Assembly: GCA_038231275.1 (NCBI GenBank) | Contig: JBBRLQ010000056.1 | Location: 1-28,010 of the forward strand | Source: Polyangiales bacterium | GTDB taxonomy: Bacteria; Myxococcota_A; Polyangia; Polyangiales; Polyangiaceae | Reading direction: 5' to 3' | DNA length: 28,010 nt | Part shown: positions 18,537 through 27,426 of the stretch, piece after piece | Layout of the letters: each line of letters starts with the position of its first letter | Position numbering within the stretch: position 1 is the stretch's first letter | Notes under the pieces: model-generated | Told to the model about the DNA's origin: nothing | What the model saw: the letters and a program-made list of their open reading frames with translations, nothing else | Database searches by the model: none | Translations under genes and position numbers: made by a program

Positions 18537-19241
18537 ATGAAGCCGATCGTGGTCGTGCGCTGCGGGGACGCCGTGAAGGAGGTCGCGGCGCGGCGCGGCG
18601 AGTTCTCGTCCTGGATCCAGGCCGGCGTCGGTGACGCGTGGAAGGGCGAGTGGCTCGAGCACGATCTCCGAACCGACACGACGCGCCCTGCACCGACGTC
18701 GGCGAGCGCGTTCATCCTCACCGGCTCGAGCAGCAACGTTACCGAGCGCGCCGCGTGGATGATCGGCGCCGAGCCGTGGCTTCGCGACCTGTGCGCGAGC
18801 GGCACGCCGGTCCTCGGCATCTGCTTCGGCCATCAAATCCTCGCGCACGCGCTGGGCGGCAAGGTCACGAAGAACCCGCGCGGACGCGAGATCGGCACCG
18901 TCGCCGTCGCCAAGGTCGCCGACGACCCGCTGTGGAGCGGTATCGGCGATCCATTCGCCGCGAACGCTACGCACGTCGAGAGCGTCGTCGAACTCCCACC
19001 GGGCGCGAAGCTCCTCGCTACGACGTCGCTCGATCCCAACGCCGCCTACGCGCTCGGCGATCACGTCCGCTGCGTGCAGTTCCACCCCGAGATCGACGGC
19101 GACGCGATGCGCGGCTACATCGGCGCGCGCGCCCACTTCATGCGCGACGAGGGGCTTGATCCCGAGGCCGCCCTCACGCGCGCCCACGACGCCGACGGAG
19201 CGACGATCCTCAAGTCGTTCGTCAGGGGCTTCGTTCGCTAA
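18537..19241 (+). CDS. Class I glutamine amidotransferase (GMP-synthase-like, stand-alone)
   Basis: ILTGS, PVLGICFGHQ (catalytic Cys), QFHPE (His-Glu). Start at ATG 18537, with 18525 as an alternative. Confidence 0.92.
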   Translation: MKPIVVVRCGDAVKEVAARRGEFSSWIQAGVGDAWKGEWLEHDLRTDTTRPAPTSASAFILTGSSSNVTERAAWMIGAEPWLRDLCASGTPVLGICFGHQILAHALGGKVTKNPRGREIGTVAVAKVADDPLWSGIGDPFAANATHVESVVELPPGAKLLATTSLDPNAAYALGDHVRCVQFHPEIDGDAMRGYIGARAHFMRDEGLDPEAALTRAHDADGATILKSFVRGFVR

Positions 19242-19334
19242 GAATTGGTGCGAGCCCCGCTCCTTCGCCGTCATCCCCAGCGCACGGCCAACCTTGCGCC
19301 ATTGGCGACTGCGCCCTTCGCTTCGCTCCACTCA

Positions 19335-20447
19335 TCAGTGCCGCGGCGCGGGGAGCCGCAGCACGCGGCCGCGCGACGGGTCCCCCTTCGGCTCCACCGT
19401 GACGAGCAGATCGACGCCGAGGCGGCCGACCCACATGCCCGAAGGAACCGGCGGACGAAGGACGACGCCGCGGAGCGCCGTGCGATCGAACTGCAGGACG
19501 GCGTCCGCGTCGCCGGTGTCGCGATCCTCACCGTCGACGAGGATGCGGTCGCCGAGGACGACGCCGCTGTAGGCCGAGACGAAATCGTCGGCGAGCTCCA
19601 CCGACGAGAGCTCCACGAGACCCGGCCACGCGTGCGTGCGAAGCTCGTCCGCCTCGGCGAGGTGCACGCGCGCGCCGTCCGCAGAGAACCCGACGAACCC
19701 CGCCGAGATCGCGCCGCCGTCGATGGCGGTCGGGATCGCGATCGGCGGGCCGTCCGTGAACCCGGCGACGCGCGCGAACGTACCGTCTTGCCCGCACGCT
19801 GCGAGGAGCAGCACGGCGTCGTCCGTCGGATGCACGTGGAGCTCGTGGGCCGCAGGCGGCGGGAGGCGCGCGCTGCGTAGCACGCCGAGGACCTGGTGCG
19901 TCCGCGCAGCGACGAGGCAGAGCGCCGTCTCCGCGCCGCTCTCGGCAGAGAGCCAGAGCCGCGTCCCGCTGCGATCGAACGAGACCGCGTGCGCGATGAA
20001 GTCGCCGCCCGCCAGCGCGTCGACGCGCGTGCGCGCCACCTCTCCGCCGTCCGCCCCCAGCGTGACGAGGAAGCTCGCGCCGCCGGCGGTACCGGTCACC
20101 GCGAGCGAGCTGCCCGCGGCGTCGATCGCGAAGCCGTGCACCCCGTCGGGCGGCCCGCCGTGCCCCGTCGCCGGCGCGGGCTCCGTCGGGAGCGGCAGAT
20201 CCTGGGGGAGCGTGAACGATGGGCCGTCTTCGATCCGTCCGTTCGCGACGACGCGCGACGCGACGTCCAGACGCGACGTCGCGAAGGCGATGCGCGTCCG
20301 CGTGGGATCGATCGCGACCCACGGCCACGGGAGCTTCGCGTGCGCGACGAAAAATTCGGCTACGACCTGGTGTTCCAAGGGGCTCGCCAGGTCATACACG
20401 AGAGGCGTAGGTCCGTGGTCGTGCGGTAGCGGACCGCGGGGCGGCAC
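19335..20447 (-). CDS. Hypothetical protein, possibly beta-propeller-like
   Basis: Long ORF with high GC3 and recurring blade-like motifs (AIDPTRTRI, AIDAAGSSL, SFDRSGTRL, GFSADGARV). Start uncertain. Confidence 0.7.
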   Translation of the reverse strand: MPPRGPLPHDHGPTPLVYDLASPLEHQVVAEFFVAHAKLPWPWVAIDPTRTRIAFATSRLDVASRVVANGRIEDGPSFTLPQDLPLPTEPAPATGHGGPPDGVHGFAIDAAGSSLAVTGTAGGASFLVTLGADGGEVARTRVDALAGGDFIAHAVSFDRSGTRLWLSAESGAETALCLVAARTHQVLGVLRSARLPPPAAHELHVHPTDDAVLLLAACGQDGTFARVAGFTDGPPIAIPTAIDGGAISAGFVGFSADGARVHLAEADELRTHAWPGLVELSSVELADDFVSAYSGVVLGDRILVDGEDRDTGDADAVLQFDRTALRGVVLRPPVPSGMWVGRLGVDLLVTVEPKGDPSRGRVLRLPAPRH

Positions 20448-20469
20448 GTTCTAGCATTCCGCTCGCATC

Positions 20470-20631
20470 TCACCATCCCGGGCGCTGCGGCGATGCTCGG
20501 TCGTCGCCCGGCGGCGAGCGTGCCGCCTCCGCCGCCGCGGGGTCGCGCGAGCAGGCTGCCGCGAGCACGACGAAGGGGAACAGCGCCACGGCCGCATGGG
20601 TAGGTTGGGGGTCATCTCGGAGGAGAGCCAT
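20470..20631 (-). other. Possible tiny or decayed lipoprotein ORF (53 aa)
   Basis: Contains AAVALFPFVVLAAAC, a hydrophobic stretch with a lipobox, but the N-terminus is atypical and the mature part is very short. Confidence 0.25.
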
Positions 20632-20795
20632 CCGCCACGCGAAAGGGTTCGCGTCTTCGGCGTCGACCCGCGCCAGGTCGATCCTCCCCCGGTCTCGTGG
20701 ACGGCTTGACGTGGGCACTCTTGTCACGCGCCGAGCGGCTCATGACAGCCGGGCCGACCTCGTGGTACGGGTCGACCCTCGGTTCGATGGAGCTC

Positions 20796-23687
20796 CTACA
20801 GTCCGAGGCTCCTCGACGAAACCACCTGGAGGATGAGGATGCGCGCGTCGTGGCTTGCCCACTTGGGCGTCGCCGTTGTGGCGTCGAGCGTAGCTGTCGC
20901 GGCTTGCGGGGCAAGCGGCAACCCCGCGGTCCTCGTCACCGAGGCCGGGGTCGACGGCAGCAGCTCCGAGGGCCCGAAGGACGACGGCGGCGGCCGCACA
21001 TTCGTAGACGACGGCGGCAATGACGGCAGCAGCGGCGACTCGTGCATCCCGACTACGTGCGCGCAGCTCGGTGCGAGCTGCGGGAGCCGGTTCGACGGCT
21101 GCGGCAACGGTATCGATTGCGGCAACTGCGCTGCGCCCGAGACGTGCGGCGGCGGAGGCACGCCGAGCCAGTGCGGCCGTGCCTGCACACCGAAGACGTG
21201 CGCGCAGATCGGCGCGACATGCGGCGCGCAGGGAGACGGCTGCGGCGGTGTCATCCAGTGCGGCCCGTGCACGGCGCCGCAGTATTGCGGCGGCGGCGGA
21301 CCCAACACGTGCGGCCCTACCGTCGACGCCGGCTCCTCCGACACCGGCTCCTCCGACGCCGGCGCGGAGTGACGAACGCGCGCGCTATGCCTGATGCCCG
21401 TTTCAGGGGGCAACGCGAAGCGCCCGCCTCGTTGATCGGCCGAGGCGCAGTTCGGCGTTCGTCGTGACGCGTCAGTCGTCCTCATCGCGGATGGCCTGGG
21501 CGTCCGCGGTCGCCGGCGGAGCCTGCGGCCGCACAGGGCTGCGACGAAGGTGAACGCGAGCCCGCCAAGTAGCCCGGGGGACGGCGGCGCGCTCGCCGAG
21601 ACGGCGCGACAGCCACAGCCGGCGTCGCCGCCGGAGCCACCGGGCACGCCGCTGTCCGTGGACGCGTCGCCCGGAGGCGAGCCCGAGCCGCTCGAGGATC
21701 CGGGTGTCCCCGACGTACCTGACGACCCGGTGCCCGGCGAACCCGTGCCGGACGAGCCGGAGGATCCGCCGTCGAGCGCGTCTCCCTCGCATCGGTGCCC
21801 TACGCAAACGGTGCCCGCTTCACATGCTCCGCAGTCCAGCGTTCCGCCACAAGCATCCCCGATGCGTCCGCAGCGCGCGTTCTGGACTGCGCAGGTCGTC
21901 TTCGTGCAGCCGCATTGTGCGACCCCACCGTCGATGCCGCCATCGAGCCCGCCGCCGCCGCAGGTTTCAGGCGCCGTGCAAGATCCGCATTGGATTAGCA
22001 ACCCGCAGCCATCCGGCGCCATCCCGCAGTTCTGGCCCGCTGGGCACGTTGTCGCGCAAGCGGTGCAGTGACCCCCAAATGCAGGAGGGACGTTGATGCA
22101 TTGCTTCGGAAGCGCGCACTCTCCGCAACCGACGGACCCACCGCAGCCATCAGGGATGGCTCCGCAGTCGGTACCGGTCGGACAGGCCGTAAGGGGGGTG
22201 CAGCAGTTGTTTGCGGCGCATATTTGGGGCGCCGAGCACGTGTTGGTGCACGCGATGGTCCCGCCGCAGCCATCCGAAGCCGTGCCGCATTTCTGGCCAG
22301 CGGGGCATGCCGTCGCTGGCGTGCAGCACTGGGATCCGGCACAAATCTCAGGAGCGGTGCACCCGCCGCACGTGATCGTGCCGCCGCACCCATCCGGCCC
22401 CTGACCGCACTGCCCAGAGGAACATTTGGGCGTGCAGCACTGGCTCGGGGTACCTACGCAGGTCTGCGGCGGGGCACAGGTTCCGCAGGTGATCGTGCCG
22501 CCGCAGCCGTTGGGACCGAAGCCGCACGTCTGTCCGCCACTGCATTGTGTGAGCGGGGTGCATGAGCACGCAACGTCCGAACAAAAGCAGCTCCGACACC
22601 CTGGCGGCGTGTTCGGTGCCGTGCACGGCGGGATCGCCGCGCCCGCGACGATGCAGCCCTGTTTCTTGTTGCTCCACGCCTTTTGAACGGTCCACGTGCG
22701 GCCGTTCACCGCGACGGTTCCCGCGGAGGTCGCTTGACCGGCGCAGATATCGCTGAGCTCGGTGTTCTGCGCGGTATACCAGGCGAGCGGCGGGAAGTAG
22801 CCGGTGGCAAGCCCGATCTGCGGATCGGTCATCGTCTCGATGAGCTCGTGGGAGTGGACCTCGGTCACGTTGTCGAGGTAGCTCACCGCGCCACCGGCGC
22901 CGCACGAGCCCTCGCAGCCGCTCCCTGCGCCGATGAAGGGGTGGACGCCGTACAGAAGATGTACCGCGCTCCCGTTCACGGCGATCGTGGCGGTCGTCGT
23001 CGAATGGTACGCGCAAAAGAACGTGCAGGATGCATGAGTTCCGTCGGGCGCAATGATCGTGACGCCCGCCGGAAAGTCGAGCATGTAAATGGTGTCGGTG
23101 AATCCATCGCAACCGAGCGTCGGCTTCGGCAGCTTGCCTGCAGTGATTTGGGCGAAGAGCTCGGCCTGGATCTGCACGTCGGTGACGGTCGTGCCGCTCG
23201 TGCCCGGGGTGATCGTGAAGGTCCCGCCGTACAGGAGGCCGCGCGCGATGCCCTGGTTCGTCGTCGGTGGGGGCTGCGCGTAGGTGTTGTACTCGGCGAG
23301 CCAGTCCACGTAGGTGCTGTTCACGATGTCGCTGTAGAAGGTCGGCAAGCTCGCGGTGCGCGTGGCGTCGATCGCGCCCCAATACACTGCAACGATCTTG
23401 GGATTCTGAACCACCGGGCCGCCGAAGTACTGCGGGTCGAAGGGGCCGAGCGCGCGTGCAGGTACGGCCGCCCGCGCCGCGTCACGGACGGGGCGCGTCG
23501 GCAACACGCCCGGCGGCAGCCCCTTGCCCCACGGGAGCGGCGGATCGACGGTCGCAAGAGGCTGACCGACCGTGGCCGTCTGAAGCGGGGCCACGCCCCG
23601 GGTGCCCGCCGGCACCGGCGCCTCCGTGCTGCACGCGACGAACGTCGCAGCGGCCGCGACGACGGACCACAGATTGCGCATCTTCAT
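20796..23687 (-). CDS. Surface lipoprotein: Phi-1/EXORDIUM-like HExxE domain, six DGCG-type Cys-rich repeats and a MYXO-CTERM-like tail; the meaningful end is probably near 21480-21510 although the frame stays open to 20796
   Basis: Start MKMRNLW (ATG 23687); lipobox TFVAC; YFGGPV, FCAYH, SHELIETMTDP, WY..ELSDIC, VQKAWSN..C; GS linker; GCGC, TM segment and RRLRRR at 21620-21510. Confidence 0.8.
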   Translation of the reverse strand: MKMRNLWSVVAAAATFVACSTEAPVPAGTRGVAPLQTATVGQPLATVDPPLPWGKGLPPGVLPTRPVRDAARAAVPARALGPFDPQYFGGPVVQNPKIVAVYWGAIDATRTASLPTFYSDIVNSTYVDWLAEYNTYAQPPPTTNQGIARGLLYGGTFTITPGTSGTTVTDVQIQAELFAQITAGKLPKPTLGCDGFTDTIYMLDFPAGVTIIAPDGTHASCTFFCAYHSTTTATIAVNGSAVHLLYGVHPFIGAGSGCEGSCGAGGAVSYLDNVTEVHSHELIETMTDPQIGLATGYFPPLAWYTAQNTELSDICAGQATSAGTVAVNGRTWTVQKAWSNKKQGCIVAGAAIPPCTAPNTPPGCRSCFCSDVACSCTPLTQCSGGQTCGFGPNGCGGTITCGTCAPPQTCVGTPSQCCTPKCSSGQCGQGPDGCGGTITCGGCTAPEICAGSQCCTPATACPAGQKCGTASDGCGGTIACTNTCSAPQICAANNCCTPLTACPTGTDCGAIPDGCGGSVGCGECALPKQCINVPPAFGGHCTACATTCPAGQNCGMAPDGCGLLIQCGSCTAPETCGGGGLDGGIDGGVAQCGCTKTTCAVQNARCGRIGDACGGTLDCGACEAGTVCVGHRCEGDALDGGSSGSSGTGSPGTGSSGTSGTPGSSSGSGSPPGDASTDSGVPGGSGGDAGCGCRAVSASAPPSPGLLGGLAFTFVAALCGRRLRRRPRTPRPSAMRTTDASRRTPNCASADQRGGRFALPPETGIRHSARVRHSAPASEEPVSEEPASTVGPHVLGPPPPQYCGAVHGPHWMTPPQPSPCAPHVAPICAHVFGVQARPHWLGVPPPPHVSGAAQLPQSIPLPQPSNRLPQLAPSCAHVVGMHESPLLPSLPPSSTNVRPPPSSFGPSELLPSTPASVTRTAGLPLAPQAATATLDATTATPKWASHDARILILQVVSSRSLGL
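20833..21372 (+). CDS. Cys-rich lipoprotein with two C.P.TC...CG...DGCG...CG.C.AP..CGGGG repeats
   Basis: GGAGG upstream (best spaced for the second ATG at 20839), lipobox VAVAAC, DAG/DGG low-complexity flanks, high GC3. Confidence 0.85.
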   Translation: MRMRASWLAHLGVAVVASSVAVAACGASGNPAVLVTEAGVDGSSSEGPKDDGGGRTFVDDGGNDGSSGDSCIPTTCAQLGASCGSRFDGCGNGIDCGNCAAPETCGGGGTPSQCGRACTPKTCAQIGATCGAQGDGCGGVIQCGPCTAPQYCGGGGPNTCGPTVDAGSSDTGSSDAGAE

Positions 23688-23918
23688 TCCTGGATCCGTT
23701 CGGTTGGAAACCCGTGGAGATGGCGACACACGCGTCGCGAAGGCGCCGGCCCGTGACCGCCGAGGATCGCACAACCGCCCGCGTCATCAAGTGGGGCCGT
23801 ACCGGGGCCCACGCCGATGAGTGCCCTCGACCTCTCCACACCTTCGTCGAACGACTATGAGGTTGCCCTGACGTCAAGGCTTCATCCGAGGTGGTTCGTT
23901 TCCTTGCTCTCCCGAGGG

Positions 23919-24095
23919 TCATGCCGCGCCGGCCACGAGCCCGCGGAGGAGCGCGGAGAGGCCGCGCTCGAACTCCTTCTCTGCGTCGTAACCGTGGACG
24001 AGGTCCGCGGCAGCGGCGCGGACGTTGTCGAAGCGCAGCGGATCGAGCGTCGCGTACGCCGGCGCCCCGCTTGTTCGGAGAGAAGTCGTAGACAT
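23919..24095 (-). pseudogene. 58-codon remnant resembling the C-terminal helices of a TetR-family regulator
   Basis: Manual translation: MSTTSLRTSGAPAYATLDPLRFDNVRAAAADLVHGYDAEKEFERGLSALLRGLVAGAA*. The ending resembles TetR_C (EFE.GL..LL.GL), and no HTH is present. Confidence 0.55.
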
Positions 24096-24155
24096 CTCGG
24101 CGCGAGACAGGGGCCAGTTTACGTAACGCCCAGAACACGCGGTCTGGACGTTGGC

Positions 24156-24881
24156 TCACGGGCAGAGCGTCTTGAAGCCGCCGTAGTACGTGTTGCAGGT
24201 AGAGTCGTTGCCGGCCGCGCCGTCGTGGGACTGCTGGCACGCGTCCTTGATCGAGGCGTCCGCGATCTTGTCGCAGCACGTCTGCAGGTCCGCGCAGGTC
24301 GCGCCAGTCGCGCCGCTGCTGCCGCTCGAGCCGCTGCTGCCCGGGGGAGGCGGCGGCGGGGGAGCCGCCATGCACGCCGGCTTGGTGCAGCTCGCGTTGG
24401 TGGTGCACGCGCTCAGCTTCTGCATGCACGCCGTGCACGCCGCGTCGGGCATGCCACACGCCATGATGCACGCGGTGTCGCCGCATGCGCACTTCGACTC
24501 GCAGGCCATGTACGTCCCGCAGGCGCCGCTGAAGGTGCCCGTCTTGAAGCCCGCGCCCATGCACTCCTGGTAGGTCGCGTCGCACGCGGACTCCATGCAC
24601 CTGCCGTAGGTCTCGACGTCCGCCTGCGAGCAGCTGGACTGCCCGGACGACGGGCACTGCTTGAATCCGCTCCCCGACGGCGCACCGGAGGTGCCCGACG
24701 ATCCGCCCGACGACGCGCCCGACGCCGCACCGCTGGAGCTCGACGCCCCCGAGGTCCCCGATGACGCACCGCTGGAGCCCGACGTCGACGACGAGCTCGG
24801 GCTGGTGGAGCTGCTGCACGCGACGACAAAGCTGAAGCCGAGGGCGGCGACGCTGAGAACGGTCTTGCGGGTCGAGATCAT
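24156..24881 (-). CDS. Cys-rich lipoprotein with Ser/Gly linkers (241 aa)
   Basis: AGGAGG 5 nt before ATG 24881; lipobox FVVAC; SSG repeats; CxxxC-rich domain; poly-Pro; small C-terminal CADL..CC domain. The track start at 25970 is antisense to the kinase. Confidence 0.88.
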   Translation of the reverse strand: MISTRKTVLSVAALGFSFVVACSSSTSPSSSSTSGSSGASSGTSGASSSSGAASGASSGGSSGTSGAPSGSGFKQCPSSGQSSCSQADVETYGRCMESACDATYQECMGAGFKTGTFSGACGTYMACESKCACGDTACIMACGMPDAACTACMQKLSACTTNASCTKPACMAAPPPPPPPGSSGSSGSSGATGATCADLQTCCDKIADASIKDACQQSHDGAAGNDSTCNTYYGGFKTLCP

Positions 24882-25076
24882 GAAATCCTCCTGAGTGACG
24901 GGGAACCTGCCGAGCACGTCGGCGCGCGGAAGGGTTGACGCGACGAGGCCCCTTCCGATGCAGCTCGACCGCCCCCCCAAACGGATGACACCCGGGAAAA
25001 TCCTGGACTCTCGCCACTTCGGCCTCGAGGGGCGTCCCGAAATGTTCGCGGGCGAAGCCTCGGCTACACTTGCTGC

Positions 25077-27419
25077 GTGCCTTCGCCGGACACTGGAGAA
25101 CTCGATGCGGCCGACGCGCGCGGGCAGCTGCTCGGCGGGCGGTACGAGCTGCTCGGCCTCCTCGGCGTCGGCGGAATGGGCTCGGTGTACCGCGCGCACG
25201 ACCGCGAGCTCGACGAGATCGTCGCGCTCAAGATGCTCAGGCGCGAGCTCGTCGCCGACGACGCCGCGCTCGTGCGATTTCGCCAGGAGGTGAAGCTCGC
25301 GCGACGGGTGACGCACAAGAACGTCGCGCGCACCTTCGACATCGGCCAGCACGAGGGGGAAAAATTCCTGACGATGGAGCTCATCGAAGGGGAGACGCTG
25401 GGCGCGCTCCTCGCGCGCGAACGGCGACTCACGTTGGCGCGGGTGACCGAGATCGCGGACGCCGTCTGCGGTGGCCTCTCGGCGGCGCACGCTGCCGGGG
25501 TCGTGCATCGCGACCTGAAACCGGACAACGTGCTCCTCGCGAAGGACGGGCGGATCGTCATCACCGATTTCGGCGTGGCGCGCGCCGTCGCCGGGATCGG
25601 CGCGAAGCGCACGAGCGGCTTGCCGGTCGGCACGCCGGCGTACATGGCCCCTGAGCAGGTCGAGGGCGCGGCCGACGTCGACGCGCGCGCCGATATCTAC
25701 GCACTCGGCGCGATGCTCTTCGAGCTCGTCACCGGCGCGGCGCCGTGGGAGGGTTCTTCGGTCATCGCGGTCGCGACGATGCGCCTCACATCGCCGCCGC
25801 CCGATCCGCGCGCCAGAGTCGTGGACCTGCCCGACGCGTTCGCGAACCTGATTCTCCGGTGCATGGCCCGGCACGCGGCCGATCGCTACGCGAGCGCCGC
25901 AGACGTCGCGGCAGCGCTCGCGTGCCTCACGCTCCCCGCGGTAGGGAGCACCCCGTCGCTCCCCGCGCACATGCGATCGGCGTCGGCACCGCCAGCGCGA
26001 CCGTCGTCCACCCCGTTCGCCAAGACCGTCGCCGTGCTTCCGTTTCGGAACGGCGGCGGCATCGAGGACGACTACCTTGCGGACGGGTTGACGGAAGACC
26101 TCATCGACACGCTGTCCATGGGCAAGGGCCTGCGCGTGCGCGCGCGCGGCGCGGTGATCCGGTTCAAGGGCGTGGAGCGCGACGCCCGCGAGCTCGGACG
26201 TGACCTCGAAGTGCAGGTCGTCGTCGAGGGCTCGCTGCGCAGGGTCGCCACGGGCGTGCGGGTGAGCGTGCGCCTCATCAGCGTGGCCGACGGATTCCAG
26301 CTATGGGCAAAGCGCTTCGACTGCTCACCCGCCGAGGTGCTCGCCGTCGGCGACGACGCGGCCAACGCGATCGCCGACGCCCTCACACTCTCGTGGCACG
26401 CGCCCGCGCGCGAAATGCCGACCGATCCGCGGGCGATCGATCTCTATCTCCGCGCCCGGCACGAGCAGCACAAAGGCTGGCGCACCAGCACGGAGATCGC
26501 CGCGGGGCTGTTGCGGCAAGCCCTCACCCACGCGCCCTCCGATCCGCGGATCCTCTCCGCCCTCGCGGCCGCGCTCGCGCGCCAATTTGCGTTCGATCCG
26601 GAGGCCGACAACTACCTCGACGAGGCGCTCGCGTGCGCCGAGCGTGCGCTCGCGGTCGCGCCGCATCTCGGCGAGGCGCACGCAGCGCTCGCGTCGCTTC
26701 GCCTCGGCCTCGGCGACAACGCGCTCGCCGCGGCGGAGGCGAAGAGCGCGCTCGCGTCGGCGCCGGGGCTGGCAGAGGCCCATGAGCTCATCGGACGAAT
26801 GCTCATCGAAGCCGGTCGCCCGCGCGACGGCATGGAGCGAATGAGGCGGGCGATGGCGCTCGAGCCGATGCTCGTCCTTCCGCGATGGGACATCGTTCGT
26901 GTCCACGAGCTCCAAGGGGAGCACGAGACGAGCGACGCGATGTTCGCGGTCCCCCCGACCGACGAGCAGGAGCTGAACAGCTTCTGGCTAAACCGCTGGC
27001 GCATTACCCTGTGGCGGCGCGACGTAGCGTCCGCCAAGGCGTTCCTGGAGCGTCTCGACGACGTTCCGGTCGGAATGCGCATGCCGGCGGGCATGATCTT
27101 CCACTTGATCGTCAGCGGAACGCTCAGCGACTTCGGACGGCACGAGCTCAACGCGCGCGCGGCGCAAGGCCGCTCGCAGCGCCGCAGGGCGTTCTTCCGC
27201 CAGCACCTGGCCGAGTGCCTCGCCTACGCCAACGACCCCGACGGTGCCCTGGAGGCGCTTGAAGATGCCGATCGCGCCGCGAGCTTCGACGTGTTCTGGC
27301 TCGATGGATGTCCGCTCTTCGAGCAGCTGCGCGCGCACCCGCGCTTCACGGCGGTCCGCGCGACCTTCGCGCGCCGTGCCGACGAGGTGCTCTCGGCGCT
27401 CGCGCACGTGCCGCCGTGA
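25077..27419 (+). CDS. Ser/Thr protein kinase with TolB_N-like domain and TPR repeats
   Basis: LGVGGMGSV, VALK, HRDLKPDN, DFG, GTPAYMAPE; TVAVLPFRN..YLADGLTEDLI..VEGSLR..QLWA..FD (TolB_N-like); helical TPR-like C-terminus. Confidence 0.93.
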   Translation: MPSPDTGELDAADARGQLLGGRYELLGLLGVGGMGSVYRAHDRELDEIVALKMLRRELVADDAALVRFRQEVKLARRVTHKNVARTFDIGQHEGEKFLTMELIEGETLGALLARERRLTLARVTEIADAVCGGLSAAHAAGVVHRDLKPDNVLLAKDGRIVITDFGVARAVAGIGAKRTSGLPVGTPAYMAPEQVEGAADVDARADIYALGAMLFELVTGAAPWEGSSVIAVATMRLTSPPPDPRARVVDLPDAFANLILRCMARHAADRYASAADVAAALACLTLPAVGSTPSLPAHMRSASAPPARPSSTPFAKTVAVLPFRNGGGIEDDYLADGLTEDLIDTLSMGKGLRVRARGAVIRFKGVERDARELGRDLEVQVVVEGSLRRVATGVRVSVRLISVADGFQLWAKRFDCSPAEVLAVGDDAANAIADALTLSWHAPAREMPTDPRAIDLYLRARHEQHKGWRTSTEIAAGLLRQALTHAPSDPRILSALAAALARQFAFDPEADNYLDEALACAERALAVAPHLGEAHAALASLRLGLGDNALAAAEAKSALASAPGLAEAHELIGRMLIEAGRPRDGMERMRRAMALEPMLVLPRWDIVRVHELQGEHETSDAMFAVPPTDEQELNSFWLNRWRITLWRRDVASAKAFLERLDDVPVGMRMPAGMIFHLIVSGTLSDFGRHELNARAAQGRSQRRRAFFRQHLAECLAYANDPDGALEALEDADRAASFDVFWLDGCPLFEQLRAHPRFTAVRATFARRADEVLSALAHVPP

Positions 27420-27426
27420 CCGCGCT

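Noticed and set aside
17822..19241. Polyamine or GMP biosynthesis operon (speE/guaA)
   Set aside because: Both proteins are short stand-alone homologues. The amidotransferase has no GMP synthase ATPase domain and the methyltransferase-fold protein cannot be assigned as a true SpeE, so no gene symbols were given.
19245..19334. Possible minus-strand tRNA, since it ends ...CGCACCA
   Set aside because: No T-loop (GTTCRA), D-arm or acceptor-stem pairing could be built.
24882..25970. N-terminal 363 aa of the 604-aa minus-strand ORF
   Set aside because: Mostly antisense to the Ser/Thr kinase. A strong AGGAGG and a lipobox define the real start at 24881.
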